Assembly: GCA_963741955.1 (NCBI GenBank)
Contig: CAVUKB010000005.1
Coordinates: 544,001-608,000 of the forward strand
Length of the DNA: 64,000 nt
From: an uncultured Acidobacteriota bacterium
GTDB taxonomy: Bacteria; Acidobacteriota; Thermoanaerobaculia; Gp7-AA8
Reading direction: 5' to 3'
Shown piece after piece: positions 20,911-31,121 of the stretch (positions are counted from its first letter, which is position 1; each line of letters begins with the position of its first letter). The notes below the pieces were generated by a model, which saw only the letters and a list, made by a program, of their open reading frames with translations, made no database searches and was not told the origin of the DNA. The position numbers and the translations under genes were made by a program.

Positions 20911-22824
20911 TCAGATCTCGATCTGTGCACCCAGCTCGACGACTCGGTTCGGCGGGATGCGGAAGAAGAAGCCTGCGGACGCCGAGTTCCGGATCATCCA
21001 GGCGAAGAGCCTCTCCCTCCAGATCGCCATCCCCGGACGCCGAGTGGCGATCAGAGTCTCCCGTCCGAGGAAGAAGGTCGTCTCCTCGGGGACGAACTTG
21101 AGCCCCGGCACTTCGATGCGGCGGAGAACCTCCGGAATGTTCGGATCCTCCATGAAGCCGTAGCGGATCACGACCCGAAACACTCCCTCCCCTAGCCCTT
21201 CCACCTCGTAGCGCTCCCGCTCGATGAGGTGCGGCCGCTCCTCGGTGACGATCGAGAGAAGAACCACCCGTTCGTGCAGAATCTTGTTGTGTTTGATGTT
21301 GTGAAGGAGCGCCTGCGGAGTTCCCTGCGGGTTCCGATGCATGAACACTGCGGTCCCGGCGACTCGGACGGGCGGGTGACTCTTCATCGAGCGGAGAAAC
21401 AGCTCGATCGGAAGGGTGTCGCGACGGAGTCGCTGGTCGAGAATCTCACGTCCCCGCCGCCAGGTGGTCATCAGGGTGAAGATGAGGATCGCGACGGCCA
21501 GGGGGAACCAGCCACCATCCATCACCTTGATCATGTTCGCGCCGAAGAACGAGAGATCGAAAACGAGGAAGAAGGCGCAGACCGCGAGAGCCGCGAACCG
21601 GTTCCAGTGCCACAACTCCCTCTCGACGAAATAGAGAAGGACGGTGGTGATCACCATCGTGGTGGTGACCGCGACACCGTACGCGGCAGCGAGGCTGCTC
21701 GAGCTGCCGAACCCGATCACCAGTCCGATCGTTGCGAACATCAGGGCCCAGTTGATTCCCGGGATGTAAATCTGTCCGATCTCCCTCGCCGAGGTGTGCT
21801 CGATGTCCATGCGCGGTGAGTAACCGAGCTGCACGGCCTGTCGGGTGAGACTGAACGCGCCCGAGATCACCGCCTGAGATGCGATGACCGCAGCAGCCGT
21901 GGCGAGAACCACCAGAGGATAGAGCGCCCAGTCCGGCGCGAGCCTGTAGAACGGATTCTCGGCCGCATTCGGATTCTGGAGGAGAAGCGCACCCTGCCCG
22001 AAGTAGTTGATCAGGAGCGCCGGAAGCACCAGCGCGAACCACGCCAGACGGATCGGCCGCGTTCCGAAGTGGCCCATGTCGGCGTAGAGGGCTTCGCCGC
22101 CGGTCACCACGAGGAAAACCGAGCCGAGTACGAGAAATCCGCGTCCTCCGTTCTGGATGAAGAACGAGATCCCGTGGATCGGGTTCACTGCCCAGAGCAC
22201 TCGCGGCTCCTGCAGGATCGCGCGCATCCCGAGGACGGCGAGAACGATGAACCAGATCAGCGTGACCGGTCCGAACACTTTCCCCACTCCGGCAGTGCCG
22301 GTGCGCTGAAAGAAAAACAGCCCGATCAGGATCACGATCGTCACTGGAATGACGTAGGGAGAGAGGATCGGCGTGGCGATCTCCAGACCCTCGACTGCGG
22401 AAAGGACGGAAATCGCGGGAGTGATCATTCCGTCGCCGTAGAGAAGGGCGGCACCGAAGAGTCCGAGTGCGACCAGAACCCACTTCGTGCCGCGGTACGA
22501 CTCGGCTCCCGGCGCGATGAGCGACATCAGGGCCATGATTCCCCCTTCGCCGCGGTTGTCGGCCCTCATGACGAAGACGAGGTATTTGAAGGAGATGACG
22601 AGAATCAGGGCCCAGAAGATCAGCGAAAGAACGCCGAGCACATTGGCATGGGTCGGGGCGACCGCATGCTCTCCGTGAAAGCATTCCCGGAGGGCGTACA
22701 GCGGGCTGGTGCCGATGTCTCCGTACACGACGCCGAGCGCCGCGAGCGAGAGCACCGTCAGGTACCGGCCGGTGGGTTTTTTCCGTTCGAGATGGCTGTC
22801 GGTCGCTGGCATCGGCTGCATCAA
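20911..22824 (-). CDS. kup: KUP/HAK/KT potassium transporter
   Basis: LGVVYGDIGTSPLY, ADNRGEGG, GDGMITPAISVLSAVEG and TGGEALYADMGHFG. Confidence 0.97.
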   Translation of the reverse strand: MMQPMPATDSHLERKKPTGRYLTVLSLAALGVVYGDIGTSPLYALRECFHGEHAVAPTHANVLGVLSLIFWALILVISFKYLVFVMRADNRGEGGIMALMSLIAPGAESYRGTKWVLVALGLFGAALLYGDGMITPAISVLSAVEGLEIATPILSPYVIPVTIVILIGLFFFQRTGTAGVGKVFGPVTLIWFIVLAVLGMRAILQEPRVLWAVNPIHGISFFIQNGGRGFLVLGSVFLVVTGGEALYADMGHFGTRPIRLAWFALVLPALLINYFGQGALLLQNPNAAENPFYRLAPDWALYPLVVLATAAAVIASQAVISGAFSLTRQAVQLGYSPRMDIEHTSAREIGQIYIPGINWALMFATIGLVIGFGSSSSLAAAYGVAVTTTMVITTVLLYFVERELWHWNRFAALAVCAFFLVFDLSFFGANMIKVMDGGWFPLAVAILIFTLMTTWRRGREILDQRLRRDTLPIELFLRSMKSHPPVRVAGTAVFMHRNPQGTPQALLHNIKHNKILHERVVLLSIVTEERPHLIERERYEVEGLGEGVFRVVIRYGFMEDPNIPEVLRRIEVPGLKFVPEETTFFLGRETLIATRRPGMAIWRERLFAWMIRNSASAGFFFRIPPNRVVELGAQIEI

Positions 22825-22953
22825 TCGCGTCCCGTCCGAATCCGCCGCCGGGCGCCCCCGCTGCGGCGCGGAATCATACAGATTGGATCGGTCCGGCGCA
22901 AACCGGGCCGCGGAGCTTCTGTGAACCGGCCGGCGGCTTCTCCTCGGGCGTCC

Positions 22954-24105
22954 TCAACCACCAGGATTCGTCACCGGTCGATTCTGCTCTGCAAGCGTCC
23001 GGCCGAACAGGCTCTTGTAGATCTGAATGGTGGTGACGAGAAGGGCGAAGACGAGAGGTCCGAGCACCAGTCCGACGAGGCCGAACGCCTGGATCCCACC
23101 GAGAATCGAGAAGAAGAGGAGAATCGCGGGCATGCGGGTTCCTCCGCGCATGGCCCAGGGACGGATCACGTTGTCGACCATCGAAACGACGGCGAACCCC
23201 CAGAGAAGAAGAAAGATCCCATAGCCATAGCCCCCTCCCCGGATACTCGCCGAGATCAGGAGATACGCTGCTGCGGGAAGCCACACCGCCGCCGCTCCAA
23301 CCATCGGAAGAAGTGAGAAGACCGATGCGACGGCGCCCCAGAAGAGTGCGCCCGGAATGTGTGCGATCGCCAGACCTATTGCGGTGACCGCCCCCTGCGC
23401 GATGGAAGTGAGAACCTGCCCCCGGAAGGTTGCGTCGACCACGCCTTTGAACTGCTCGAAGATCTCGCGGTCGTACTGGTCCGGGAGCGGCGAGAGATAG
23501 ATCAGCTCACCGACCAGGCCCTCTCCCTCGACGTAGAAGTAGTAGCAGGAGAGTAGGGTGAGAATGAACCCGAGCACCACGTTGGCAAACCCGCCGATGA
23601 ATTCTGCGCCGTGCGACGCCACCATCGCCGGGATCCGTCTGACCAGGCCGACGATGATCTCGTCGGGGTCGATCGTCTCGGGCTGAAATCCGGGGATGAA
23701 GTGCTGGATCATGGCCACCCGCTCGTGCAGATGCAGCGATGCGAGTACGGACTTGACGTCGGTCTCCTGGATGATCCGGAAGAGGTTGGTGGCCTGCTGG
23801 ATCAGGAGGAGCGTGAGGAGGAAGGCAGGAATCGCGAGGACGAGGGTGATCCCGAGCAGCATGATGGCCGCCGCGCCGTTGCGGCGACCTTTCATCTTCT
23901 CGACCAGACGCTGGTAGATGCGGTAAGTGAAGGTGGCGAGGATCGCGCCGAGGAGGATCGGGGTCAGGTATGGAGCGAGGATCCTCCAGGCGGCGGCGAC
24001 GACCACGGCCGCGAAAAGTGCGAACACGACCAGCGCGAGCACACGTGGGCGCGGGGCCGGACGGACTTCGGCCGGCGTGGGATCCTGCTCCGGATGCGAT
24101 TCCAT
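22954..24105 (-). CDS. AI-2E family transporter
   Basis: SLLPMVGAAAVWLP, VDNVIRP and GGIQAFGLVGLVLGP. Confidence 0.88.
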   Translation of the reverse strand: MESHPEQDPTPAEVRPAPRPRVLALVVFALFAAVVVAAAWRILAPYLTPILLGAILATFTYRIYQRLVEKMKGRRNGAAAIMLLGITLVLAIPAFLLTLLLIQQATNLFRIIQETDVKSVLASLHLHERVAMIQHFIPGFQPETIDPDEIIVGLVRRIPAMVASHGAEFIGGFANVVLGFILTLLSCYYFYVEGEGLVGELIYLSPLPDQYDREIFEQFKGVVDATFRGQVLTSIAQGAVTAIGLAIAHIPGALFWGAVASVFSLLPMVGAAAVWLPAAAYLLISASIRGGGYGYGIFLLLWGFAVVSMVDNVIRPWAMRGGTRMPAILLFFSILGGIQAFGLVGLVLGPLVFALLVTTIQIYKSLFGRTLAEQNRPVTNPGG

Positions 24106-24206
24106 CGCGTTGATTGTATCTCGCTCCGCTCTCCGATGACGCGCCGTCGCTCATCGGAGGAGTGGTGAATCACGTCACGAGTCGAACGCGATGGACCCGG
24201 GCGGGG

Positions 24207-24467
24207 TCAGTGGCTGACCTCCACCGAGCCCGGATAGAGCTGCAACACGTAGAATGCCCGGTCCCGCTTTGCAGTCGCGAGTGCCCGATCTCCCCGCTCG
24301 ATCACTTCACCGACCAGTTCCGACCCATCGGATCGAAGGAACTCCGAGACGGCTTCGCGCGCCGACTCCGCTTCCACCTGATGGAACGTGATCTTTTCGC
24401 TGGCCGAGAGGACCAACTCGGGACGGCTCGAGCTCGAGAGAGCGTTTTTCTCGATCGAGAATCGCAC
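24207..24467 (-). CDS. Small hypothetical protein
   Basis: AGGAGG RBS before the GTG at 24467; 86 aa; fills the gap between co-oriented genes. Confidence 0.5.
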   Translation of the reverse strand: MRFSIEKNALSSSSRPELVLSASEKITFHQVEAESAREAVSEFLRSDGSELVGEVIERGDRALATAKRDRAFYVLQLYPGSVEVSH

Positions 24468-24599
24468 GGTGTGACCTCCTGGGTTGAACAGCGCCAGTGA
24501 GAACGCACTCGTTTCGCCCCTGCTCCGCATAGTGCGCATTGGAAACATACGTCCGGACGCCGGGAACAACCATCGACGAATGGTAAAACTCACGCTGAT

Positions 24600-24983
24600 T
24601 CAGTCCGTGCGAGCGGCACACTCGGCGACCACCGCTGCAAGCTCGGAAATGTCGAAGGGTTTCCGCACCACTCCCTGGACGAGCGACGGCTCGAGCTGAC
24701 GGATCAGACCGTCAGTCGCGGCGGTCATCACCAGAATCATCGGTCGCTCTCCGGTCGGAATCTCCTCGGCGACGTGCTGGAGAAACGTGATCCCGTCCAT
24801 GCGAGGCATCATCAGGTCGAGCAGCACGACGGCATACTCGCGCCCGTGCACCATCGAGAGCGCAACCTCGCCGTCGGCCGCAGTTTCGACTTCGAAACTG
24901 TGACGGTGGAGGATCGTCCTCACGAGGTTACGGATCATCTCGTCGTCATCGACGACGAGAACGGGCCTGGGACGCTGATTCAT
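24600..24983 (-). CDS. Stand-alone response-regulator receiver (CheY-like)
   Basis: VLVVDDD...LLDLMMPRMDG...VMTA...KPF; start uncertain (ORF open to 25079). Confidence 0.85.
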   Translation of the reverse strand: MNQRPRPVLVVDDDEMIRNLVRTILHRHSFEVETAADGEVALSMVHGREYAVVLLDLMMPRMDGITFLQHVAEEIPTGERPMILVMTAATDGLIRQLEPSLVQGVVRKPFDISELAAVVAECAARTD

Positions 24984-25094
24984 GGGCGCAGTCACATCTC
25001 CCCCGGACTCTGCTGCTGGCTCATCGGTCGCGGGAGGATATTTGGCTCTCCTGAAGAGAAGGAGCGCCATGCAAGGCACAGGCCGTTCCGAGCG

Positions 25095-27608
25095 TCACGA
25101 TGTCGCTTCACCGCTTTCCATTTCGATCGGGACCGATCGGGCGCCCCATATTTCGTCTGCGTATTGCCGGACCGTGCGGTCTCCGGAGAACTTCCCCATC
25201 CTCGCCACATTGAGGATCGAGAGCCGGTTCCACGCCTCCCGATCGAGGTAAAGGCGCGCGGCTCTTTGCTGCGCCTCCATGTACGAACCGAAATCGGCAC
25301 AGTGAAAGTAGCGGTCGCCTCCGACCAGAGCGTCGACGATCGGCCGGAACATTCCGGGGTCCTCGATGCCGAGTCCCTGGGAGAGCGCCGTGATGACTCT
25401 CGCGAGCGTCGGATCGCGGTCTATGTACTCACGCGGGTTGTATCCGGACGCACGAAGGGCATCGATCTCCTCCGCCGTCCGGCCGAAGATGAAGATGTTC
25501 TCCTCCCCCACCTCGTTGCGGATCTCGACGTTCGCACCGTCGAGAGTGCCGATGGTCAGGGCGCCGTTCAGTGACGCTTTCATATTCCCCGTTCCCGATG
25601 CTTCCATCCCGGCGGTGGAGATCTGTTCGGAGAGCTCGCATGCGGGGAAAATCCGCTCGGCGCAGCTCACTCCGTAGTTCGGCAGAAACACGACATTCAG
25701 TTTCGTCGAAGCGGCGGGGTGAGATCGAACCAGAGCACCGACCGAATGCACCAGCTTGATCACCAGCTTCGCCATCGCGTAGCTCGGAGCCGATTTTCCG
25801 GCGAAGAGCACGGTCCGCGGCACCACCGACTGGTCCCCGTCCACGATCCGATGGAACAGCGCGATCACGTGCAGCACGTTGAGCAGCTGACGTTTGTACT
25901 CGTGAATCCGTTTGACCTGCACGTCGAGGATGGTCTCCGGATCCGTGACGATGTCCCACGTGTCGTGAATCCATCCCGCGAGAGCGTGTTTGTTCGCATC
26001 CTTCACGCGCCCCCACCGCTCCCGGAATCCCGGATCTTCGGCAAATGGCTCGAGCCCTCGGAGCTGATCGAGATCCTTCACCCATCCGTCACCGATCGCT
26101 TCGCTGATCAGGGCTGCGAGCCGCGGATTACTCTGCAGCAGCCACCGGCGCGGCGTGATGCCGTTCGTCTTGTTGTTGAACCGCCCCGGAAAGAGCTCGT
26201 CGAACTCCGGGAAGATTTTCTGCCGGAGAATGTCGGTGTGCAGCTCGGCCACTCCGTTCACCGAATGGCTTCCGACGATCGCCAGGTTGGCCATCCGCAC
26301 CCCGCGGCCCACTTCGTCGATCACCGCCATCTTCCGCACGCGCTCGTAGTCGCCGGGATAGCGGGTGCTCACTTCCTGACGAAGCCGCCGATCGATCTCT
26401 TCGATGATCTGCAGGTGCCGTGGCAGCAGCCGACCGAAGATGTCGATCGGCCAGACCTCCAGCGCTTCGGGAAGGACGGTGTGATTGGTGTACCCGAAGA
26501 CTTTCTGGGTGATGCTCCAGGCCTTCTCCCAGTCGAGGCAGTAGCGGTCGACCAGCACCCGCATCAGTTCGGCGATCGCCACCGCAGGATGGGTATCGTT
26601 CAGCTGTATCGCGACCTTGTCCGGCAGTGACTCCCATCGCCTCCCCGGCTTCTTGCAGAAACGACGGATCACGTCCTGGATGGTTGCGGATACGAAGAAG
26701 TACTGCTGCTTGAGCCGCAGCTCCCGCCCGGCGTACTGGTCATCCGGCGGATAGAGAACTTTCGAGATGTTCTCGGTCTGCGTCTTGTCCTCGACTGCAG
26801 CGACGTACTGCCCCGCATTGAATCGGGCGAGGTCGAATTCGCGGCTCGACCTCGCGGCCCAGAGCCGCAGCGAATTGACGGTGTTGTTCCGATAACCGGG
26901 GACCGGCACGTCGTACGGCATCGCGTAGACGTCCTGCGTGTCGACCCAGTCGATGCGATCCCTCCCCTGCTCGTCCCGGTAGTACTGCACGCGACCGTAG
27001 AACTTGACCCGGAACAGCACGTCGGGACGAGGGACTTCCCACGGATTCCCGTACCGAAGCCAGTTGTCGGGCGCCTCTTCCTGGAACCCGTTCTGGATTC
27101 TCTGGCGAAAGATCCCGTACTCGTAGCGGATCCCGTAGCCGTAGAACGGAAGGGCGAGGGTCGAAGCCGAATCGAGGAAACATGCGGCGAGACGCCCCAG
27201 TCCTCCGTTTCCGAGACCGGCGTCCGCTTCCTTTTCCTCGATCTGTTCGAGGTTGTACCCGAGGAGCCTCATCGCTTCTGCGAACTGCGGCTCCGCACCG
27301 AGGTTCAGGACGAAGTTCAGCAGAGCGCGACCGAGGAGGAACTCGAGCGAGAGATAGTAGACGCGCTTGACATCCTTCCGGTAGAAGATGTCCTGGGTCC
27401 GGAACCACCGTTCCATCAGGCGGTCGCGCACCGTCATCGCCGTGGCGTTGAAGACGTCGAGATTCGACGCGGTGTACTGGTCCCGCGCCACGGTGTACAT
27501 CATGTGATGGGCAAACGTCTCGATGATCGCAGGAACGTCGATCCGCCCCGGCCGCGGACGAGGAATGAGCCCCTCGGCTTTCGTGATCTGCTGACGGTCA
27601 ATCGTCAC
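25095..27608 (-). CDS. glgP: Glycogen/starch phosphorylase
   Basis: GLGNGGLGRLAACFLDS, QLNDTHP, KRIHEYKRQ and EASGTGNMK (PLP lysine). Confidence 0.97.
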   Translation of the reverse strand: MTIDRQQITKAEGLIPRPRPGRIDVPAIIETFAHHMMYTVARDQYTASNLDVFNATAMTVRDRLMERWFRTQDIFYRKDVKRVYYLSLEFLLGRALLNFVLNLGAEPQFAEAMRLLGYNLEQIEEKEADAGLGNGGLGRLAACFLDSASTLALPFYGYGIRYEYGIFRQRIQNGFQEEAPDNWLRYGNPWEVPRPDVLFRVKFYGRVQYYRDEQGRDRIDWVDTQDVYAMPYDVPVPGYRNNTVNSLRLWAARSSREFDLARFNAGQYVAAVEDKTQTENISKVLYPPDDQYAGRELRLKQQYFFVSATIQDVIRRFCKKPGRRWESLPDKVAIQLNDTHPAVAIAELMRVLVDRYCLDWEKAWSITQKVFGYTNHTVLPEALEVWPIDIFGRLLPRHLQIIEEIDRRLRQEVSTRYPGDYERVRKMAVIDEVGRGVRMANLAIVGSHSVNGVAELHTDILRQKIFPEFDELFPGRFNNKTNGITPRRWLLQSNPRLAALISEAIGDGWVKDLDQLRGLEPFAEDPGFRERWGRVKDANKHALAGWIHDTWDIVTDPETILDVQVKRIHEYKRQLLNVLHVIALFHRIVDGDQSVVPRTVLFAGKSAPSYAMAKLVIKLVHSVGALVRSHPAASTKLNVVFLPNYGVSCAERIFPACELSEQISTAGMEASGTGNMKASLNGALTIGTLDGANVEIRNEVGEENIFIFGRTAEEIDALRASGYNPREYIDRDPTLARVITALSQGLGIEDPGMFRPIVDALVGGDRYFHCADFGSYMEAQQRAARLYLDREAWNRLSILNVARMGKFSGDRTVRQYADEIWGARSVPIEMESGEATS

Positions 27609-27659
27609 GGCGCGCGATTCTACCCCTTTCTTCCACCACCCGCGTGCATTGTCACCCCT

Positions 27660-28112
27660 TCAGTCGAGGCGACGGAGAATCTTGACGAAGCAATCCTCGC
27701 GACCGACGAACAGAAGCAATCCGCGATCCTGCCACTCGTTCATCCGCCTCGAGAAACGCGGATCTTCGACTCCCTTTTCTCCGAAGAGCTCGACGAAAAG
27801 AAGCTTCGGAAGATCGAGAATCCCTTTCATCCGGAAGCGGTCGAGTGACACCAGCAGCGCGTCGAGCCGATACGCGAGATCTTCGTCACTCAGCACGCCA
27901 CTGTTCGGGTCGAGTGTCCGCTGCGTAAGGCTGATGAACTCTTCGAAGTCCATGGGGTGAAACTCGCGCACGCCCATCTGCGAGAGAAGCTCCGGCGCGA
28001 TTCCGTCCGCAGAGACGAGCCCCGGGATCTCCGTGCCGATGCCGTCGATGTCCCACCCGAGCCAACGCTCGCGTCCGGCTCCGAGCGCGATTTTCTGGAT
28101 GTACTTCGCCAT
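27660..28112 (-). CDS. Hypothetical protein
   Basis: 150-aa ORF with protein-like composition, upstream of and co-oriented with glgP. Confidence 0.5.
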   Translation of the reverse strand: MAKYIQKIALGAGRERWLGWDIDGIGTEIPGLVSADGIAPELLSQMGVREFHPMDFEEFISLTQRTLDPNSGVLSDEDLAYRLDALLVSLDRFRMKGILDLPKLLFVELFGEKGVEDPRFSRRMNEWQDRGLLLFVGREDCFVKILRRLD

Positions 28113-28297
28113 CGAGAGATGCCAACTCCCGCTCACCTATAACGAGCGGCCGAAGAAACGTCAAGCGGAGGGCGCAGGATGCGTCCGTCCACGTTCGAAT
28201 CCAGGTTCTCGCGCTGATGCATTCCCATCACGTCGATCGATCCCGTTGTCCCTCCGCAATGTTCCGGAGTCGTGCGCAGCCGCGATTTGCCTTCCAG

Positions 28298-28532
28298 CCT
28301 GGCCCGGACGAGACGCTCCGCTTCTGCCACCGAGATCGTCTCGATCCGTTCTCAACACGATTGCCGCGGCGGATCAGAGGATCCGCACCCCTCGGAGACC
28401 TGTCGTCCTTCTGCGAAAACCGCGCAGACTCCTGGCCCGGACGAGACGCTCCGCTTCTGCCTCAGAGATCGTCTCGATCCGTTCTCAACGCGATTGCCGC
28501 GGCGGATCAGAGGATCCGCGCCCCTCGGAGAC
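28298..28532. repeat. Two ~102-bp direct repeats (period 133 bp) with internal hairpins
   Basis: CCTGGCCCGGACGAGACGCTCC...CTCGGAGAC at 28298-28399 and 28431-28532; each contains GCGGATC-AGAG-GATCCGC. Confidence 0.85.
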
Positions 28533-28585
28533 GACGTGTCGTCCCGGGGTGCGGAACGCGCCCGGAGGGATGATGTAAGGACTTT

Positions 28586-29758
28586 ATGAAACACTACACT
28601 GGAATGGGTCTCATGCCTGACGGCGCGAGCCGCTTCTACTCCGGCGCTGCATTCCACCCGTCACTCCCGGACGGGCGCGAAGAGGGATCGATTCGCATCG
28701 GCGGCGGAGTGGTCCGGTTCGATTCGCCATCCGGATCGGTGGAGCTTCCGATTCGCGGGACCGCGCTCGAGATCGGCGGCGCGAGTGACCGCCTCGTCTT
28801 CCTCTCGAATCCCGCGTTTCCCGGCTGGTCGCTGTACACCTCCGATCAGAGCGTCCTTCGCGATCCCGATCTCCTCGCCGACCGTGATGTCGCCGCGCGA
28901 CTCTCCACGCTCCGCCGCGGACCGGCCGCGGCGAGACTTCTCACCGCCGCCGTACTCCTCCTCGTCGGAGCGATCCTCGCAGGCGTGTTCGTTCTACGCG
29001 GAACGATCGTCGCGGCCATCGCGGTCCGGATCCCTCCTTCGGTCGAGCAGCGACTCGGCGAGCTCGCGTTCCGGCAGATCACCCTCACCGGGAACGAGAT
29101 CACCGATCCGCGGGTGGTCGCTCCTCTCCAGAGGATCGTCGACCGCATCTCCAGATCGATCCCGGATGGAAGCGGCAATTTCCGCGTCCATGTCGTCGTC
29201 GATCACGAAGTGAACGCGTACGCGTTCCCCGGCGGGCCGATGGTGATCAACACCGGCCTCATCGAACGGGCGGGAAGCGGAAACGAGATCGCGGGAGTCC
29301 TCGCGCACGAGATGGCGCACGTGGCGCTGCATCACTCGACGCGTCAGATGATCGAATCCCTCGGCCTCTGGACCGTCATCCGCGCGCTCTTCGGCGATCT
29401 CACCGGTCTCGGGGCGGTTCTGATCGACAACAGCGGGCGCCTGGTGGACATGAAGTTCTCCCGCGATTTCGAGCGCGAAGCGGATCGCACCGGACTCCGC
29501 TACCTCGTCCGCGCCGGACTCGATCCACGCGGCATGCTCTCGTTTTTCGAGCGTCTCCGCCGGGACGAGAGCTCTCTTCTCGGAAGTGGCGCCCTGGCCC
29601 TGCTGCGCACCCATCCCGCCACACCAGAGCGGATCGCGGATCTGCAGAGCGAGATCGACCGGCTTCCGCAAATTCCGTCCGGACGGGTTGACATCGATCT
29701 CCTCCGGGTCCAAGAATGGATCGCACCGCAAAACGACAACCGAGGGAAACTACGATGA
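28586..29758 (+). CDS. M48-family metallopeptidase
   Basis: NAYAFPGG, VLAHEMAH, FSRDFEREAD and THPATPERI; one TM; start uncertain. Confidence 0.88.
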   Translation: MKHYTGMGLMPDGASRFYSGAAFHPSLPDGREEGSIRIGGGVVRFDSPSGSVELPIRGTALEIGGASDRLVFLSNPAFPGWSLYTSDQSVLRDPDLLADRDVAARLSTLRRGPAAARLLTAAVLLLVGAILAGVFVLRGTIVAAIAVRIPPSVEQRLGELAFRQITLTGNEITDPRVVAPLQRIVDRISRSIPDGSGNFRVHVVVDHEVNAYAFPGGPMVINTGLIERAGSGNEIAGVLAHEMAHVALHHSTRQMIESLGLWTVIRALFGDLTGLGAVLIDNSGRLVDMKFSRDFEREADRTGLRYLVRAGLDPRGMLSFFERLRRDESSLLGSGALALLRTHPATPERIADLQSEIDRLPQIPSGRVDIDLLRVQEWIAPQNDNRGKLR

Positions 29759-30414
29759 AAGCAGTCGTCAAGGGATCTCCTTCGTTCGCCCACATCGAGA
29801 TCGAGCTCGCTCCCGGAGAATCCGTCATCGCCGAATCCGACGCGATGTCGAGCATGGCCGCCGATCTCGACATGACGGCGAAGCTCAACGGAGGCTTCTT
29901 TTCCGCTCTGGCCAAGAGGTTTCTCGGAGGCGAGTCGCTCTTCGTCAACGAGTTCAAGAACAACACGAACGGGCCGCGCCTCCTCACCCTCGTACAGAAG
30001 CTCCCCGGAGACATCCGGCAGGTGCAGCTGAACGGCAACTCCATCTGCCTCCAGGAAGGCGCCTACATCGCATCGAGCCCCGGTCTCTCGCTCGGCGTGA
30101 AGTGGGCGGGGCTGGGTTCGTTCATCGGGCGGGAAGGATTGTTCAAACTCCAGGTCAGCGGCAACGGCACGCTCTGGTATGGCGCGTTCGGAGGTCTGCT
30201 GGAGAAGGAGATCAAGGGCGAGTACATCGTCGACACCTCGCACCTGGTCGCGTATGAGCCGCACATGAAACTCAAGGTCCAGCTCGCGGGAGGAATCTTC
30301 TCGAGCTTCTTCGGCGGCGAGGGTCTCGTGACCCGGGTCGAAGGCTCGGGCCGGATCACGCTTCAGACCCGCAGCCTGAGCGGCATGGTCGGCTGGCTGA
30401 ACCCCAAAATCTGA
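29755..30414 (+). CDS. AIM24/TIGR00266 family protein 1
   Basis: GGESLFVN, PGDI, VDTSHLVAYE and FFGGEGLV. Confidence 0.88.
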   Translation: MKAVVKGSPSFAHIEIELAPGESVIAESDAMSSMAADLDMTAKLNGGFFSALAKRFLGGESLFVNEFKNNTNGPRLLTLVQKLPGDIRQVQLNGNSICLQEGAYIASSPGLSLGVKWAGLGSFIGREGLFKLQVSGNGTLWYGAFGGLLEKEIKGEYIVDTSHLVAYEPHMKLKVQLAGGIFSSFFGGEGLVTRVEGSGRITLQTRSLSGMVGWLNPKI

Positions 30415-30432
30415 CCTGCGGAAGGAGATCAA

Positions 30433-31110
30433 ATGCAGATCGAGATCGTTCATGGTCCCGGGAACTCCGCCGCGAAGATACGACTCGGCGCGAATGAAAC
30501 CTGCGTCGCCGAGGGCGGCGCGATGATCGCGATGAGCGGCGACCTCACCATCCAGACCAATACTCAATCGAGAGGGGGCGGCGGGATCATGGCCGGCCTG
30601 AAACGGATGGTCGGCGGCGAGTCGTTTTTTCTCAACCATTTCACCGCCGGGGCGAACGGTGGTGAGCTCTTCCTCGCCACCACCCTTCCCGGCGACATGA
30701 TGCAGTACGAGATCAAAGGCGAGACGCTGATCGTTCAGGGCGGCTCCTTCGTCGCCTGTGATCCGGGCGTCTCGATCGATCTCGGATGGCAGGGATTCAA
30801 ATCCGTGCTCGCCGGGGAGCGCCTCTTCTGGCTCCGTCTGAACGGAACCGGAAAGGTCGTCGTCAACTCGTTCGGCGCCATCTATCCGATCGCAGTGGAT
30901 GGCGAGCACATCGTCGACACCGGACACATCGTCGCGTTCAACGAGACGCTCGGCTTCAACCTCGGAAAAGCGGGGAAGAGCTGGATCTCGTCCTTCCTCG
31001 GCGGCGAGGGTCTGGTCTGCAGATTCAAAGGGAAGGGAACCGTCTGGTGCCAGTCCCACAATCCAATCGGATTCGGGCGGACGCTCGGACCGATGCTCAA
31101 GCCGAGATAG
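30433..31110 (+). CDS. AIM24/TIGR00266 family protein 2
   Basis: GGESFFLN, PGDM, VDTGHIVAF and LGGEGLVCRF. Confidence 0.88.
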   Translation: MQIEIVHGPGNSAAKIRLGANETCVAEGGAMIAMSGDLTIQTNTQSRGGGGIMAGLKRMVGGESFFLNHFTAGANGGELFLATTLPGDMMQYEIKGETLIVQGGSFVACDPGVSIDLGWQGFKSVLAGERLFWLRLNGTGKVVVNSFGAIYPIAVDGEHIVDTGHIVAFNETLGFNLGKAGKSWISSFLGGEGLVCRFKGKGTVWCQSHNPIGFGRTLGPMLKPR

Positions 31111-31121
31111 GAGGAGCGATC

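Noticed and set aside
28298-28532. CRISPR array
   Set aside because: Only two ~100-bp units and no cas genes; the heptamer arrays also lack spacers.
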